Shown one piece after another: positions 1-8,044 of a stretch of 30,914 bases of DNA; the first letter of the stretch is position 1, and every line of letters starts with the position of its first letter. This DNA comes from a virus (Duplodnaviria; Heunggongvirae; Uroviricota; Caudoviricetes). The translations under genes and the position numbers were made by a program. The stretch covers positions 1-30,914 of IMG/VR virus record IMGVR_UViG_2537562231_000009; one strand, given 5' to 3'. The notes below the pieces were generated by a model. It searched no databases, was not told the DNA's origin, and worked only from the letters and a program-made list of their open reading frames with translations.

Positions 1-190
1 GTAATGGCTTTTTTTGCTGGCCCCGTGGCGTTGCAAATGATCGATGCATAGCGATTCAAACAGGTGCTGGGGCAGGCCTTTTTCCATATCGTCTGCCAGT
101 TCTGCCTCTTTCTCTTCACGGGCGATCTGCTGGTAGTGACGTGCCCAGCTCTGAGCCTCAAGACGATCCTGAATGTAATAAGCGTTCATG
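1..190 (-). CDS. Small lambdoid early-left protein, partial (3' end beyond window); begins [60 protein letters not shown]
   Basis: ATG at 190 with AGGAG Shine-Dalgarno 7 nt upstream; frame stays open to the window edge, so absent from the ORF track. Confidence 0.6.
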
Positions 191-375
191 GCTGAACTCC
201 TGAAATAGCTGTGAAAATATCGCCCGCGAAATGCCGGGCTGATTAGGAAAACAGGAAAGGGGGTTAGTGAATGCTTTTGCTTGATCTCAGTTTCAGCATT
301 AATATCCATTTTTTATAAGCGTTGACGGCTTCACGAAACATCTTTTCATCGCCAATAAAAGTGGCGATAGTGAAT

Positions 376-540
376 TTAGTCTGGATAGCCATAAGTGTTT
401 GATCCATTTTTTGGGACTCCTGGCTGATTAAGTATGTCGATAAGGCGTTTCCATCCGTCACGTAATTTACGGGTGATTCGTTCAAGTAAAGATTCGGAAG
501 GGCAGCCAGCAACAGGCCACCCTGCAATGGCATATTGCAT
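376..540 (-). CDS. Small hypothetical protein, 54 aa (MQYAIAGWPVAGCPSESLLERITRKLRDGWKRLIDILNQPGVPKNGSNTYGYPD)
   Basis: ATG at 540 with AAGGAG 6 nt upstream; TAA stop at 376-378. Better supported than the overlapping track ORF 264..533. Confidence 0.5.
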   Translation of the reverse strand: MQYAIAGWPVAGCPSESLLERITRKLRDGWKRLIDILNQPGVPKNGSNTYGYPD

Positions 541-612
541 GGTGTGCTCCTTATTTATACATAACGAAAAACGCCTCGAGTGAAGCGTTATTAGTATGCG
601 GTAACGCAGCGC

Positions 613-981
613 TCAGGCGGCTTTGATAGTCATATCATCTGAATCAAATATTCCTGATGTATCGATATCGGTAATTCTTATTCCTTCGCTACCATCCATT
701 GGAGGCCATCCTTCCTGACCATTTCCATCATTCCAGTCGAACTCACACACAACACCATATGCATTTAAGTCGCTTGAAATTGCTATAAGCAGAGCATGTT
801 GCGCCAGCATGATTAATACAGCATTTAATACAGAGCCGTGTTTATTGAGTCGGTATTCAGAGTCTGACCAGAAATTATTAATCTGGTGAAGTTTTTCCTC
901 TGTCATTACGTCATGGTCGATTTCAATTTCTATTGATGCTTTCCAGTCGTAATCAATGATGTATTTTTTGATGTTTGACAT
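613..981 (-). CDS. Hypothetical early-left protein, 122 aa
   Basis: Track ORF; GAGGA Shine-Dalgarno-like element upstream of ATG 981; co-oriented with neighbouring early-left genes. Confidence 0.55.
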   Translation of the reverse strand: MSNIKKYIIDYDWKASIEIEIDHDVMTEEKLHQINNFWSDSEYRLNKHGSVLNAVLIMLAQHALLIAISSDLNAYGVVCEFDWNDGNGQEGWPPMDGSEGIRITDIDTSGIFDSDDMTIKAA

Positions 982-1120
982 CTATTCATATCCTCATAGA
1001 TAAAAAATCGCCCTCACATTGGAGGGCAAAGAAGATTTCCAATAATCAGAACAAGTCGGCTCCTGTTTAGTTACGAGCAACATTGCTCACATAGCAGACT
1101 CGTAAATCTGCTATAGGCGC

Positions 1121-1279
1121 TTATTCGCATCGCATGACAACATCAAATTTTTCGAGATTACTTTGTCGCAACAATCCTTCTTCTACGCGGTCAGCTTTTC
1201 TATAATTATCAAATTCGAAATGTTTAATTACTTCTTTCGTTTCTCGCTCTATAACTTCAACGATGTATTTCTTATTCAT
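1121..1279 (-). CDS. Small hypothetical protein, 52 aa (MNKKYIVEVIERETKEVIKHFEFDNYRKADRVEEGLLRQSNLEKFDVVMRCE)
   Basis: Its ATG overlaps the TAA stop of the upstream gene (TAATG coupling); below the track size cut-off. Confidence 0.4.
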   Translation of the reverse strand: MNKKYIVEVIERETKEVIKHFEFDNYRKADRVEEGLLRQSNLEKFDVVMRCE

Positions 1280-1575
1280 TACTCATCACCTATGGCTTTT
1301 CTGATTGCTGCGAGACCTTTATTAACAGCTCCATACCATTCTGGATATGTTGTCGTTGTTCTATTTTTGGTTTGCTTAAGTAATAACTGAAGTGCTTCGA
1401 GAAGGTCAGGTGCTGCCGCTATTAGATTGGCATCTTCAATGCATTGAACTTCCTCACAGATTGCAATATACGAACGCCAGCCTGTGCCATTTTCAAGAGA
1501 GTCTGCCTGGATGATTTTAATCTCATCGCCATCCATCATTATTTCCCATTTACCTTCAGTACCTTTAAATTCCAT
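1279..1575 (-). CDS. Hypothetical early-left protein, 98 aa
   Basis: Track ORF; GAGG element 6 nt upstream of the ATG. Confidence 0.55.
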   Translation of the reverse strand: MEFKGTEGKWEIMMDGDEIKIIQADSLENGTGWRSYIAICEEVQCIEDANLIAAAPDLLEALQLLLKQTKNRTTTTYPEWYGAVNKGLAAIRKAIGDE

Positions 1576-1621
1576 GTTAGCCTCTGTTATTTATGCCAAA
1601 AATAAAGGCCGACTATGCGGC

Positions 1622-2092
1622 CTAGTAGAATACCCAATTTTCTGTTTCTTGGTTGTGTCCAAAGTTATATTCAATATCTGGTGTTGATGTATCAATATTT
1701 TTCATCCCATCAACAAGAGTTGATACAACAGCCAAATCTTGTTTTATTCTCATTAAATGGTATTTCTTCCGGCGCAATAAACTTTCAATAGCAAGTTTCT
1801 TCGTTGGGAATGCAAAAGATCTTTCTGCATTTTTTGCTACTTTCTTAATTGCATATCTATTTCTCCTTTGTTTCCATTCCTGTAACCACTGATTTGGTGC
1901 TGGTTTAAAATTAACAATCCAATGCGCAGGAACCAACCATGCATAATGCTCTGTCTGATGAAAAGCTATATATTGAAGTGCGAATATTTTTATCCCATCT
2001 TCTTCAACTGTCGCCTGGAATCTCCAGAAAACAGGCATTCCATCATGTTCAGTTTCTGATTCAGGAAAAGGTACGCTCCATGATTTTGTCAT
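1622..2092 (-). CDS. Hypothetical early-left protein, 156 aa
   Basis: Track ORF; GAGGTGA Shine-Dalgarno upstream of the ATG. Confidence 0.55.
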   Translation of the reverse strand: MTKSWSVPFPESETEHDGMPVFWRFQATVEEDGIKIFALQYIAFHQTEHYAWLVPAHWIVNFKPAPNQWLQEWKQRRNRYAIKKVAKNAERSFAFPTKKLAIESLLRRKKYHLMRIKQDLAVVSTLVDGMKNIDTSTPDIEYNFGHNQETENWVFY

Positions 2093-2150
2093 ATCTCACC
2101 TCAAATAAGTGGTTTGCTGCCTAATTTCATTTTCTGGCGACCAACACAAG

Positions 2151-2534
2151 TCACCTCGCCGTCAGTTGTTTTGATTTCCGGTAGCCTGCCGCGTAAATGG
2201 CTACGTTTGGAAGACATACACCAGTTTCTGGTTGCTTATGTCCAAACTCATTCGCGTACACAATGGCCGCTCGCTCCAGATTGCGTCTGTATTCTTTCTG
2301 TTGCCAGATCACGTCCTGTGCCATGAACTTAATTGGCTTAGCGTCTTCTATGCGCTCAGGCGTTTCGTGAGTACCTTTAGCCTGAATCTGCGCTCTGCTT
2401 AGAGTAGGGCGGTGTAATACTTCTGAACTTATTGCTTCTTCGCGGGCCAGTACGCCGTTAGCTAATGCCTTTGCCTTTAAACGCTCACGACGACGAGAAC
2501 GTGAATTGCCTTTGAACTGAGTTCTGCGTGTCAT
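2151..2534 (-). CDS. N: Antitermination protein N (P22 gene-24 / phage-21 type)
   Basis: N-terminal arginine-rich motif TRRTQFKGNSRSRRRERLKAKA; C-terminus VAIYAAGYRKSKQLTAR resembles the P22 N C-terminus; AGGAGG Shine-Dalgarno; lies downstream of a boxB hairpin. Confidence 0.8.
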   Translation of the reverse strand: MTRRTQFKGNSRSRRRERLKAKALANGVLAREEAISSEVLHRPTLSRAQIQAKGTHETPERIEDAKPIKFMAQDVIWQQKEYRRNLERAAIVYANEFGHKQPETGVCLPNVAIYAAGYRKSKQLTAR

Positions 2535-2699
2535 ATAGACCTCCTGATGAACTTTGGTGGTGTGGTAGGTGGGAGACCCATTTCGACCTGTTTCGGCCTA
2601 CTTCAATTCGGCAATAGTCCCGCAGGCCTCGCCGCTTTACGTGCGACATATTCCCGTCCATGAACCATTCACCACACCCCAAAGTTCACTTTGGTTATT

Positions 2700-2714
2700 G
2701 CGCTTTGTCAGCGC
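2700..2714 (-). promoter_or_regulatory. nutL boxB-like hairpin (GCGCTGACAAAGCGC on the minus strand)
   Basis: Matches P22-type boxB in the leader of N; a near-identical element sits after cro (nutR). Confidence 0.55.
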
Positions 2715-2991
2715 CGTAGATTCATATTCGAATCGTTGTATATTCACCGCCCTGGTGAGTAATGCGTCCTGCTGATGACGATAATAATGAACCAATAGTT
2801 CGACATTATCAAGAACTATTGGTACGAATTTTGGTGATTTATTAACTCTACGAAGTATGATTCTGATATATAAGGAAATTTATTTTTGAAAATGTGGCTG
2901 ATGAAGGTTATGCGGCAGGGATCATAACTGCATGGTTTAGCGAGTTACATCAATAAATACAATTGGTTATGTTTTTTAGGTGGGCGAACGT

Positions 2992-3022
2992 GAGGCAAAG
3001 AAAACCCGGCGCGGAAGCCGGG
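2992..3022 (-). terminator. Rho-independent terminator closing the cI operon
   Basis: Minus-strand hairpin CCCGGC-TTCCGC-GCCGGG followed by TTTTCTTTG, immediately after the stop at 3031. Confidence 0.65.
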
Positions 3023-3030
3023 TTAATGCG

Positions 3031-3651
3031 TTAATGCTGGGGAGTGATTTTTTTGTTGTCTGTTGGCTGGGTATTTTGTGGCGGCGCTTGCAAAGTGGAA
3101 GGCTGTTGCAAAGGTGCGTGGTCTGACTTTAAAGCTGATACCAGCCCGGGAATCGCAACTATTACAGCGATAATGACACTAAAAATGGCTAATCGTATAG
3201 AAATACCCGACTGAACACCACTAATTGCGGTATTAACCCCTGTTATTTGTCCTTGAATTCCTTCGAATCTCCCATTAATTGCTTTTATATCGCCAGCAGC
3301 GCTATCCATCTTTCCATCGATCTTGGACGATAGAGAGCTTATGGCTGCATTAAGTGATGCAAATTGGACATTAACGCTTTCACGAGATAGAGCCATGTCA
3401 GCCCTAATGGAGGAAGCAATAGACTCCATCTCTGCTTTATTAGCAGCTAAGCGAGCATCAAGTTCCTCTCTGCTGATCGTTCCCACTTCTTCCTCCGTTT
3501 GTGGCGGTTTTATGTAATTATTTTGCACCTTGGTGGGAGAATTATCAAATTCAGCCTCAAAATCAGAACCGCCAACAACCTTCAACCTCCGGCTTTCAGA
3601 TATGTTGGTGTCTTGCTTTCCATGATTATTTAAATTACTGTCGTCACTCAT
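3031..3651 (-). CDS. Coiled-coil protein with one C-terminal transmembrane helix, 206 aa (third gene downstream of cI)
   Basis: Track ORF; long heptad-like region (ELDARLAANKAEMESIASSIRADMALSRE...) followed by hydrophobic IRLAIFSVIIAVIVAIPGLVSAL; ATG overlaps the upstream stop (ATGA). Confidence 0.6.
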   Translation of the reverse strand: MSDDSNLNNHGKQDTNISESRRLKVVGGSDFEAEFDNSPTKVQNNYIKPPQTEEEVGTISREELDARLAANKAEMESIASSIRADMALSRESVNVQFASLNAAISSLSSKIDGKMDSAAGDIKAINGRFEGIQGQITGVNTAISGVQSGISIRLAIFSVIIAVIVAIPGLVSALKSDHAPLQQPSTLQAPPQNTQPTDNKKITPQH

Positions 3652-4136
3652 AATAGCTCTACGGTGAAAAATGATTCATTTTTATGAAGTTCATTTTTAG
3701 GGTCTTCATTATCTTGCAATATCCCTATAACACTATACAGCCCTTTAGCTGGGACCCTAATTTCTTTCAATGTTACTATTACCTGTCCGCCAACCCCTGT
3801 TTCAAAATGGCTATCTTTCGTATCGATGAAAAGTGAAACTGATTCCGAAGAGCCGTCAGGGAATTGAATTTCCTCACCTTTTTTTATAATTAGGTGCGCG
3901 GGGATTACCATAATACCCAAATTATATCTTGAATTTGGTTTCAACCCGATCATACCAACCCTGAAATCAATTGATAGCCGCGCAGGAAATTCATTGCATG
4001 TAAAATTAAGCGTCGGTTGGTTGGGTTCTTCGCTGCTATCAAATGGGGTTATAAAAGATATTCTTTCTAAATTAAGTGCCATAAATTCTCCTGCATCGCT
4101 GTATGCTCTACGAGCATCTCTGCGACCATCCATCAT
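3648..4136 (-). CDS. Hypothetical soluble protein, 162 aa (second gene downstream of cI)
   Basis: Track ORF; low-GC coding sequence; translationally coupled to the 206-aa gene. Confidence 0.6.
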   Translation of the reverse strand: MMDGRRDARRAYSDAGEFMALNLERISFITPFDSSEEPNQPTLNFTCNEFPARLSIDFRVGMIGLKPNSRYNLGIMVIPAHLIIKKGEEIQFPDGSSESVSLFIDTKDSHFETGVGGQVIVTLKEIRVPAKGLYSVIGILQDNEDPKNELHKNESFFTVELL

Positions 4137-4152
4137 CCAAACGTCTCTTCAC

Positions 4153-4494
4153 TCATCCGAAGAAGCAGCAATCCGGGTCAGCACGCACAAGCTCAAGCGC
4201 ATCAGTCAGCGAAAGTTCAGTACTGTACTGATGCCATTTCATATCCTTCCGCATCCAATAGATTTTCCATCTATCCAGAGAACGTATGTACTTGATTCTT
4301 GCTGATGGCAGGATGTTTGTTTCACCTGGGTTGCCCTGCCACACGGGGCGCTGTTCGCCGATATCTATCGTTTGGTCATTGATGCTATAAACAATATCCA
4401 GTTCATTGCGGATATGTTCAGGCGGCCTTATGCTTTCAATGAATTGGTGAACTTCTTTTTTGACCGCTTGATATTCAAGGTCAGTGAACGCCAT
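4153..4494 (-). CDS. Hypothetical protein, 113 aa (first gene downstream of cI)
   Basis: Track ORF; GAGGAGG Shine-Dalgarno upstream of ATG 4494; 60 bp after the cI stop. Confidence 0.6.
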   Translation of the reverse strand: MAFTDLEYQAVKKEVHQFIESIRPPEHIRNELDIVYSINDQTIDIGEQRPVWQGNPGETNILPSARIKYIRSLDRWKIYWMRKDMKWHQYSTELSLTDALELVRADPDCCFFG

Positions 4495-4554
4495 CTATCC
4501 TCCTCACCCAAACGTTTCTTCTGGCCACTGGTTACCAGCTATGTGACGATGAAG

Positions 4555-5262
4555 TCACGAACTTTTCAGCCACTCCCTTGCCTCGATGTCATCCAGATGG
4601 CGAGATTGCTTCAGAATACCAGCTACATACTCCACCTTTGCTACTTGATGATAAGGCAACGTTATAGGCCTGTGATCCTGGTTAATGCTTGTAAATTGGT
4701 ATTCTCCATCTCTGTCATAGCCAAGAACCTTAATCATGTTGTGTCCTTCAACGGTTCTGACAAACACCTCATCACCCGGGAATACTTTGGTGTTAGGCTC
4801 AATGAGTACATATTCTCCTGATTTTATTCTGGGCCACATGCTGTCTCCTTTCACACGAAGACCAAAGGCATCTGGATCATCGCTATAAATTTTGAGCCAC
4901 CCATCGCGCTCTTCGGTCATCTCGATGGCACCATCAACACCAAGAATTGCCTCACCAACCACGCGCACTAACCCTTTTTTTAATTTGCCAACAAATGAAA
5001 GAGTATCTTCATCATTCGCTCCATTTAACGAAGTGCCGTGCTGAAGCCAAACAACATCAACGTTTAGAAATTTCGCAAGCGCATTCATTTTTTCCTGACG
5101 CGGTAAAGACTCAGCATTAAACCATTTGCTAACGCCTTTGGACGAAAGAGAAAGGGCACGGGCTATAGCCATTCCCCTACCATGTTCATCAAGACCAGCT
5201 TCTTTACAGGCTTGCGCTAGCCGCTGGGCGAATTCTTTGCGCACTTTTTCATTCTGAACCAT
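4555..5262 (-). CDS. cI: CI-type prophage repressor (N-terminal HTH, C-terminal S24/LexA-like autopeptidase)
   Basis: HTH segment near the N-terminus; C-terminal GDSMWPRIKSGEYVLIEP Ser-Lys dyad motif; divergent from cro across an operator region; no Shine-Dalgarno before the ATG, as for leaderless lambda cI. Confidence 0.9.
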   Translation of the reverse strand: MVQNEKVRKEFAQRLAQACKEAGLDEHGRGMAIARALSLSSKGVSKWFNAESLPRQEKMNALAKFLNVDVVWLQHGTSLNGANDEDTLSFVGKLKKGLVRVVGEAILGVDGAIEMTEERDGWLKIYSDDPDAFGLRVKGDSMWPRIKSGEYVLIEPNTKVFPGDEVFVRTVEGHNMIKVLGYDRDGEYQFTSINQDHRPITLPYHQVAKVEYVAGILKQSRHLDDIEAREWLKSS

Positions 5263-5340
5263 GAGTACGATACTAAAGCACTTGCAAAAACTTTCAGTTC
5301 AACCATAATACGTACTGAAAGTACGAAAAAGGATATTCCT
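5263..5340. promoter_or_regulatory. OR-like operator/promoter region between cI and cro
   Basis: Three related operator-like elements: CGTACTGAAAGTACG, AAACTTTCAGTTCA and a degenerate ACGATACTAAAGCA copy. Confidence 0.6.
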
Positions 5341-5568
5341 ATGCAAAATCTTGATGAGCCGATTAAAGGTGTCGGCATCCCTGAAGTTGCGAAGGCTTGT
5401 GGAGTTAGCGAAAGGGCTGTCTATAAGTGGCTCAAAAACGGCTTCCTCCCTAAGACTGAGTTTTTTGGGAAAACTAAATACGCATCAAAAATCGAAGAGA
5501 TTTCTGGTGGCAAATATCAAGCAAGCGAAATGCTTGAAATAAGCAAAAAGAACCTTCTGGCTGCATAA
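5341..5568 (+). CDS. cro: Cro-like HTH repressor, 75 aa
   Basis: Divergent from cI; HTH IPEVAKACGVSERAVYKWLKNG; AAGGA Shine-Dalgarno. Confidence 0.8.
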   Translation: MQNLDEPIKGVGIPEVAKACGVSERAVYKWLKNGFLPKTEFFGKTKYASKIEEISGGKYQASEMLEISKKNLLAA

Positions 5569-5575
5569 GTAACAC

Positions 5576-5621
5576 CGCTCTTTTCACAATGGACATTCGT
5601 CCTACGTCGCTGACAAAGCGA
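5576..5621 (+). promoter_or_regulatory. nutR-like site (boxA CGCTCTTTT, boxB TCGCTGACAAAGCGA)
   Basis: boxA-like sequence followed about 25 nt later by a boxB hairpin nearly identical to the one in the N leader. Confidence 0.55.
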
Positions 5622-5706
5622 GTCCCAATATATCTGACCAACTAAGGCCATATGCGTTTCCACGCATACCTTTCAACTAGCTATTCACTATTGGAAATCT
5701 TAAGAA

Positions 5707-6003
5707 ATGGAACAAACAAGTTACAGCAAGCTAACACAGCGAGAAATTGATCGCGCAGAAACAGATTTACTCATCAACCTGTCAACGCTTACCCAGCGCG
5801 GTCTGGCAAAGATGATTGGCTGTCATGAATCGAAGATAAGCAGAACGGACTGGAGATTTATTGCTTCGGTCTTGTGTGCTTTCGGAATGGCATCAGACAT
5901 CAGTCCGATTAGCAGGGCTTTTAAGTATGCGCTTGATGAAATCACAAAGAAAAAATCCCCGGTGGCCGCCGGGGACTCTAAGCAAATTGATATGCAATTC
6001 TGA
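5707..6003 (+). CDS. cII: CII transcriptional activator
   Basis: Position after cro; C-terminus ITKKKSPVAAGDSKQIDMQF parallels the lambda CII C-terminus. Confidence 0.85.
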   Translation: MEQTSYSKLTQREIDRAETDLLINLSTLTQRGLAKMIGCHESKISRTDWRFIASVLCAFGMASDISPISRAFKYALDEITKKKSPVAAGDSKQIDMQF

Positions 6004-6035
6004 GGGAATTACTGGATCAATCTACAGGAGTCATT

Positions 6036-6974
6036 ATGACAAATACAGCAAAAATACTCAACTTCGGCAGAGGTAACTTTGCCGAACAGGAGCGTAATGT
6101 GGCAGATCTCGATGATGGTTACGCCAGACTATCAAATATGCTGATTGAGGCTTATTCAGGCGCAGATCTGACCAAGCGACAGTTTAAAGTGCTGCTTGCC
6201 ATTCTGCGTAAAACCTATGGGTGGAATAAACCAATGGACAGAATCACCGATTCTCAACTTAGCGAGATTACAAAGTTACCTGTCAAACGGTGCAATGAAG
6301 CCAAGTTAGAACTCGTCAGAATGAATATTATCAAGCAGCAAGGCGGCATGTTTGGACCAAATAAAAACATCTCAGAATGGTGCATCCCTCAAAACGAGGG
6401 AAGTTCCCCTAAAATGAGGGACATCCCTCAAAACGAGGGAAAATCCCCTAAAACGAGGGATAAAACATCCCTCAAATTAGGGGATTGCTATCCCTCAAAA
6501 CAGGGGGACACAAAAGACACTATTACAAAAGAAAAAAGAAAAGATTATTCGTCCGAGAATTCTGGCGAATCCTCTGACCAGCCAGAAAACGATCTTTCTG
6601 TGGTTAAACCGGATGCTGCAATTCAGAGCGGCAGCAAGTGGGGAACAGCAGAAGACCTGACCGCCGCAGAGTGGATGTTTGACATGGTGAAGACCATCGC
6701 ACCATCAGCCAGAAAACCGAATTTTGCAGGGTGGGCTAACGATATCCGCCTGATGCGTGAACGTGACGGACGTAACCACCGCGACATGTGCGTGCTGTTC
6801 CGCTGGGCATGCCAGGACAACTTCTGGTCCGGTAACGTGCTAAGTCCGGCCAAACTCCGCGACAAGTGGACCCAACTCGAAATCAACCGTAACAAGCAAC
6901 AGGCTGGCGTGACAGCTGGAAAACCAAAACTCGACCTGACAAACACTGACTGGATTTACGGGGTGGATTTATGA
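6036..6974 (+). CDS. O: Replication initiator O
   Basis: N-terminus MTNTAKILNFGRGNFAEQERNVADLDDGYARLSNML is near-identical to lambda O; origin iterons lie inside the gene. Confidence 0.9.
   Translation: MTNTAKILNFGRGNFAEQERNVADLDDGYARLSNMLIEAYSGADLTKRQFKVLLAILRKTYGWNKPMDRITDSQLSEITKLPVKRCNEAKLELVRMNIIKQQGGMFGPNKNISEWCIPQNEGSSPKMRDIPQNEGKSPKTRDKTSLKLGDCYPSKQGDTKDTITKEKRKDYSSENSGESSDQPENDLSVVKPDAAIQSGSKWGTAEDLTAAEWMFDMVKTIAPSARKPNFAGWANDIRLMRERDGRNHRDMCVLFRWACQDNFWSGNVLSPAKLRDKWTQLEINRNKQQAGVTAGKPKLDLTNTDWIYGVDL
6384..6545 (+). repeat. ori-lambda-type replication origin: about six 17-19 bp iterons (ATCCCTCAAAACGAGGGA family) plus an adjacent A-rich tract
   Basis: Direct repeats read in the sequence within O, followed by AAAAGAAAAAAGAAAAGATTATT. 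Confidence 0.75.
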
Positions 6975-7672
6975 AAAACATCGCCGCACAGATGGTTAAC
7001 TTTGACCGTGAGCAGATGCGTCGGATCACCAACAACATGCCGGAACAGTACGACGAAAAGCCGCAGGTACAACAGGTAGCGCAGATCATCAACGGTGTGT
7101 TCAGCCAGTTACTGGCAACTTTCCCGGCGAGTCTGGCTAACCGGGACCAGAACGAACTGAATGAAATCCGCCGCCAGTGGGTTCTGGCTTTCCGGGAAAA
7201 CGGGATCACCTCGATGGAACAGGTTAACGCAGGAATGCGCGTAGCCCGTCGGCAGAATCGACCATTTCTTCCATCACCCGGGCAGTTTGTTGCATGGTGC
7301 CGGGAAGAAGCATCCGTTATCGCCGGACTGCCAAACGTCAGCGAGCTGGTTGATATGGTTTACGAGTATTGCCGGAAGCGAGGCCTGTATCCGGATGCAG
7401 AGTCTTATCCGTGGAAATCGAACGCGCACTACTGGCTGGTTACCAACCTGTACCAGAACATGCGGGCCAATGCACTGACTGACGCGGAATTACGGCGCAA
7501 GGCCGCAGATGAGCTTGTCCATATGACTGCGAGAATTAACCGTGGTGAGGTGATTCCTGAACCAGTAAAACAACTTCCTGTCATGGGCGGCAGACCTCTA
7601 AATCATGTTCAGGCTCTGGCGAAGATCGCAGAAATTAAAGCTAAGTTCGGACTGAAAGGAGCAAGTGTATGA
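6971..7672 (+). CDS. P: Replication protein P (DnaB helicase loader)
   Basis: Lambda P-like sequence; ATGA overlap with the O stop. Confidence 0.9.
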   Translation: MKNIAAQMVNFDREQMRRITNNMPEQYDEKPQVQQVAQIINGVFSQLLATFPASLANRDQNELNEIRRQWVLAFRENGITSMEQVNAGMRVARRQNRPFLPSPGQFVAWCREEASVIAGLPNVSELVDMVYEYCRKRGLYPDAESYPWKSNAHYWLVTNLYQNMRANALTDAELRRKAADELVHMTARINRGEVIPEPVKQLPVMGGRPLNHVQALAKIAEIKAKFGLKGASV

Positions 7673-7959
7673 CGGGCAAAGAGGCAATTATTCATTACCT
7701 GGGGACGCATAATAGCTTCTGTGCGCCGGACGTTGCCGCGCTAACAGGCGCAACCGTAACCAGTATAAATCAGGCTGCGGCTAAAATGGCGCGGGCAGGA
7801 ATCCTTGTCATTGATGGTAAGGTCTGGCGAACGGTGTATTACCGGTTTGCTACCAGGGAAGAACGGGAAGGAAAGGTGAGCACGAACCTGATTTTTAAGG
7901 AGTGTCGCCAGAGTGCCGCGATGAAACGGGTATTGGCGGTATATGGAGTTAAAAGATGA
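7669..7959 (+). CDS. ren: Ren protein
   Basis: MTGKEAIIHYLGTHNSFCAPDVAALTGATVTSINQAAAKMARAG is near-identical to lambda Ren. Confidence 0.85.
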   Translation: MTGKEAIIHYLGTHNSFCAPDVAALTGATVTSINQAAAKMARAGILVIDGKVWRTVYYRFATREEREGKVSTNLIFKECRQSAAMKRVLAVYGVKR

Positions 7960-8018
7960 CCATCTACATCACTGAGCTTGTAACAGGCCTGCTGGTAATC
8001 GCAGGCCTTTTTATTTGA
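7956..8018 (+). CDS. Possible 20-aa hydrophobic peptide (MTIYITELVTGLLVIAGLFI) overlapping the ren stop and terminator hairpin
   Basis: ATG overlaps the ren TGA (ATGA); GGAG 8 nt upstream; speculative. Confidence 0.25.
   Translation: MTIYITELVTGLLVIAGLFI
7984..8016 (+). terminator. Rho-independent terminator after ren
   Basis: Hairpin CAGGCCTGC-TGGTAATC-GCAGGCCT followed by TTTTATTT. Confidence 0.5.
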
Positions 8019-8044
8019 GGAAGAGTAATTGGAGGCTTTAAGAA

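Noticed and set aside
264-533. Track ORF of 89 aa on the minus strand
   Set aside because: No Shine-Dalgarno; overlaps in another frame the better-supported 54-aa ORF 376..540 (AAGGAG upstream); the translation looks low-complexity. Probably spurious.
2569-2775. Plus-strand ORF of 68 aa, and minus-strand ORF 2485..2682, in the N leader
   Set aside because: Both lie across the nutL/boxB regulatory leader with no start-site support; the region is better explained as non-coding PL/nutL sequence.
6623-7209. Minus-strand ORFs inside O and P (6623..6946, 6883..7209)
   Set aside because: Antisense to the well-supported lambda-like O and P genes.
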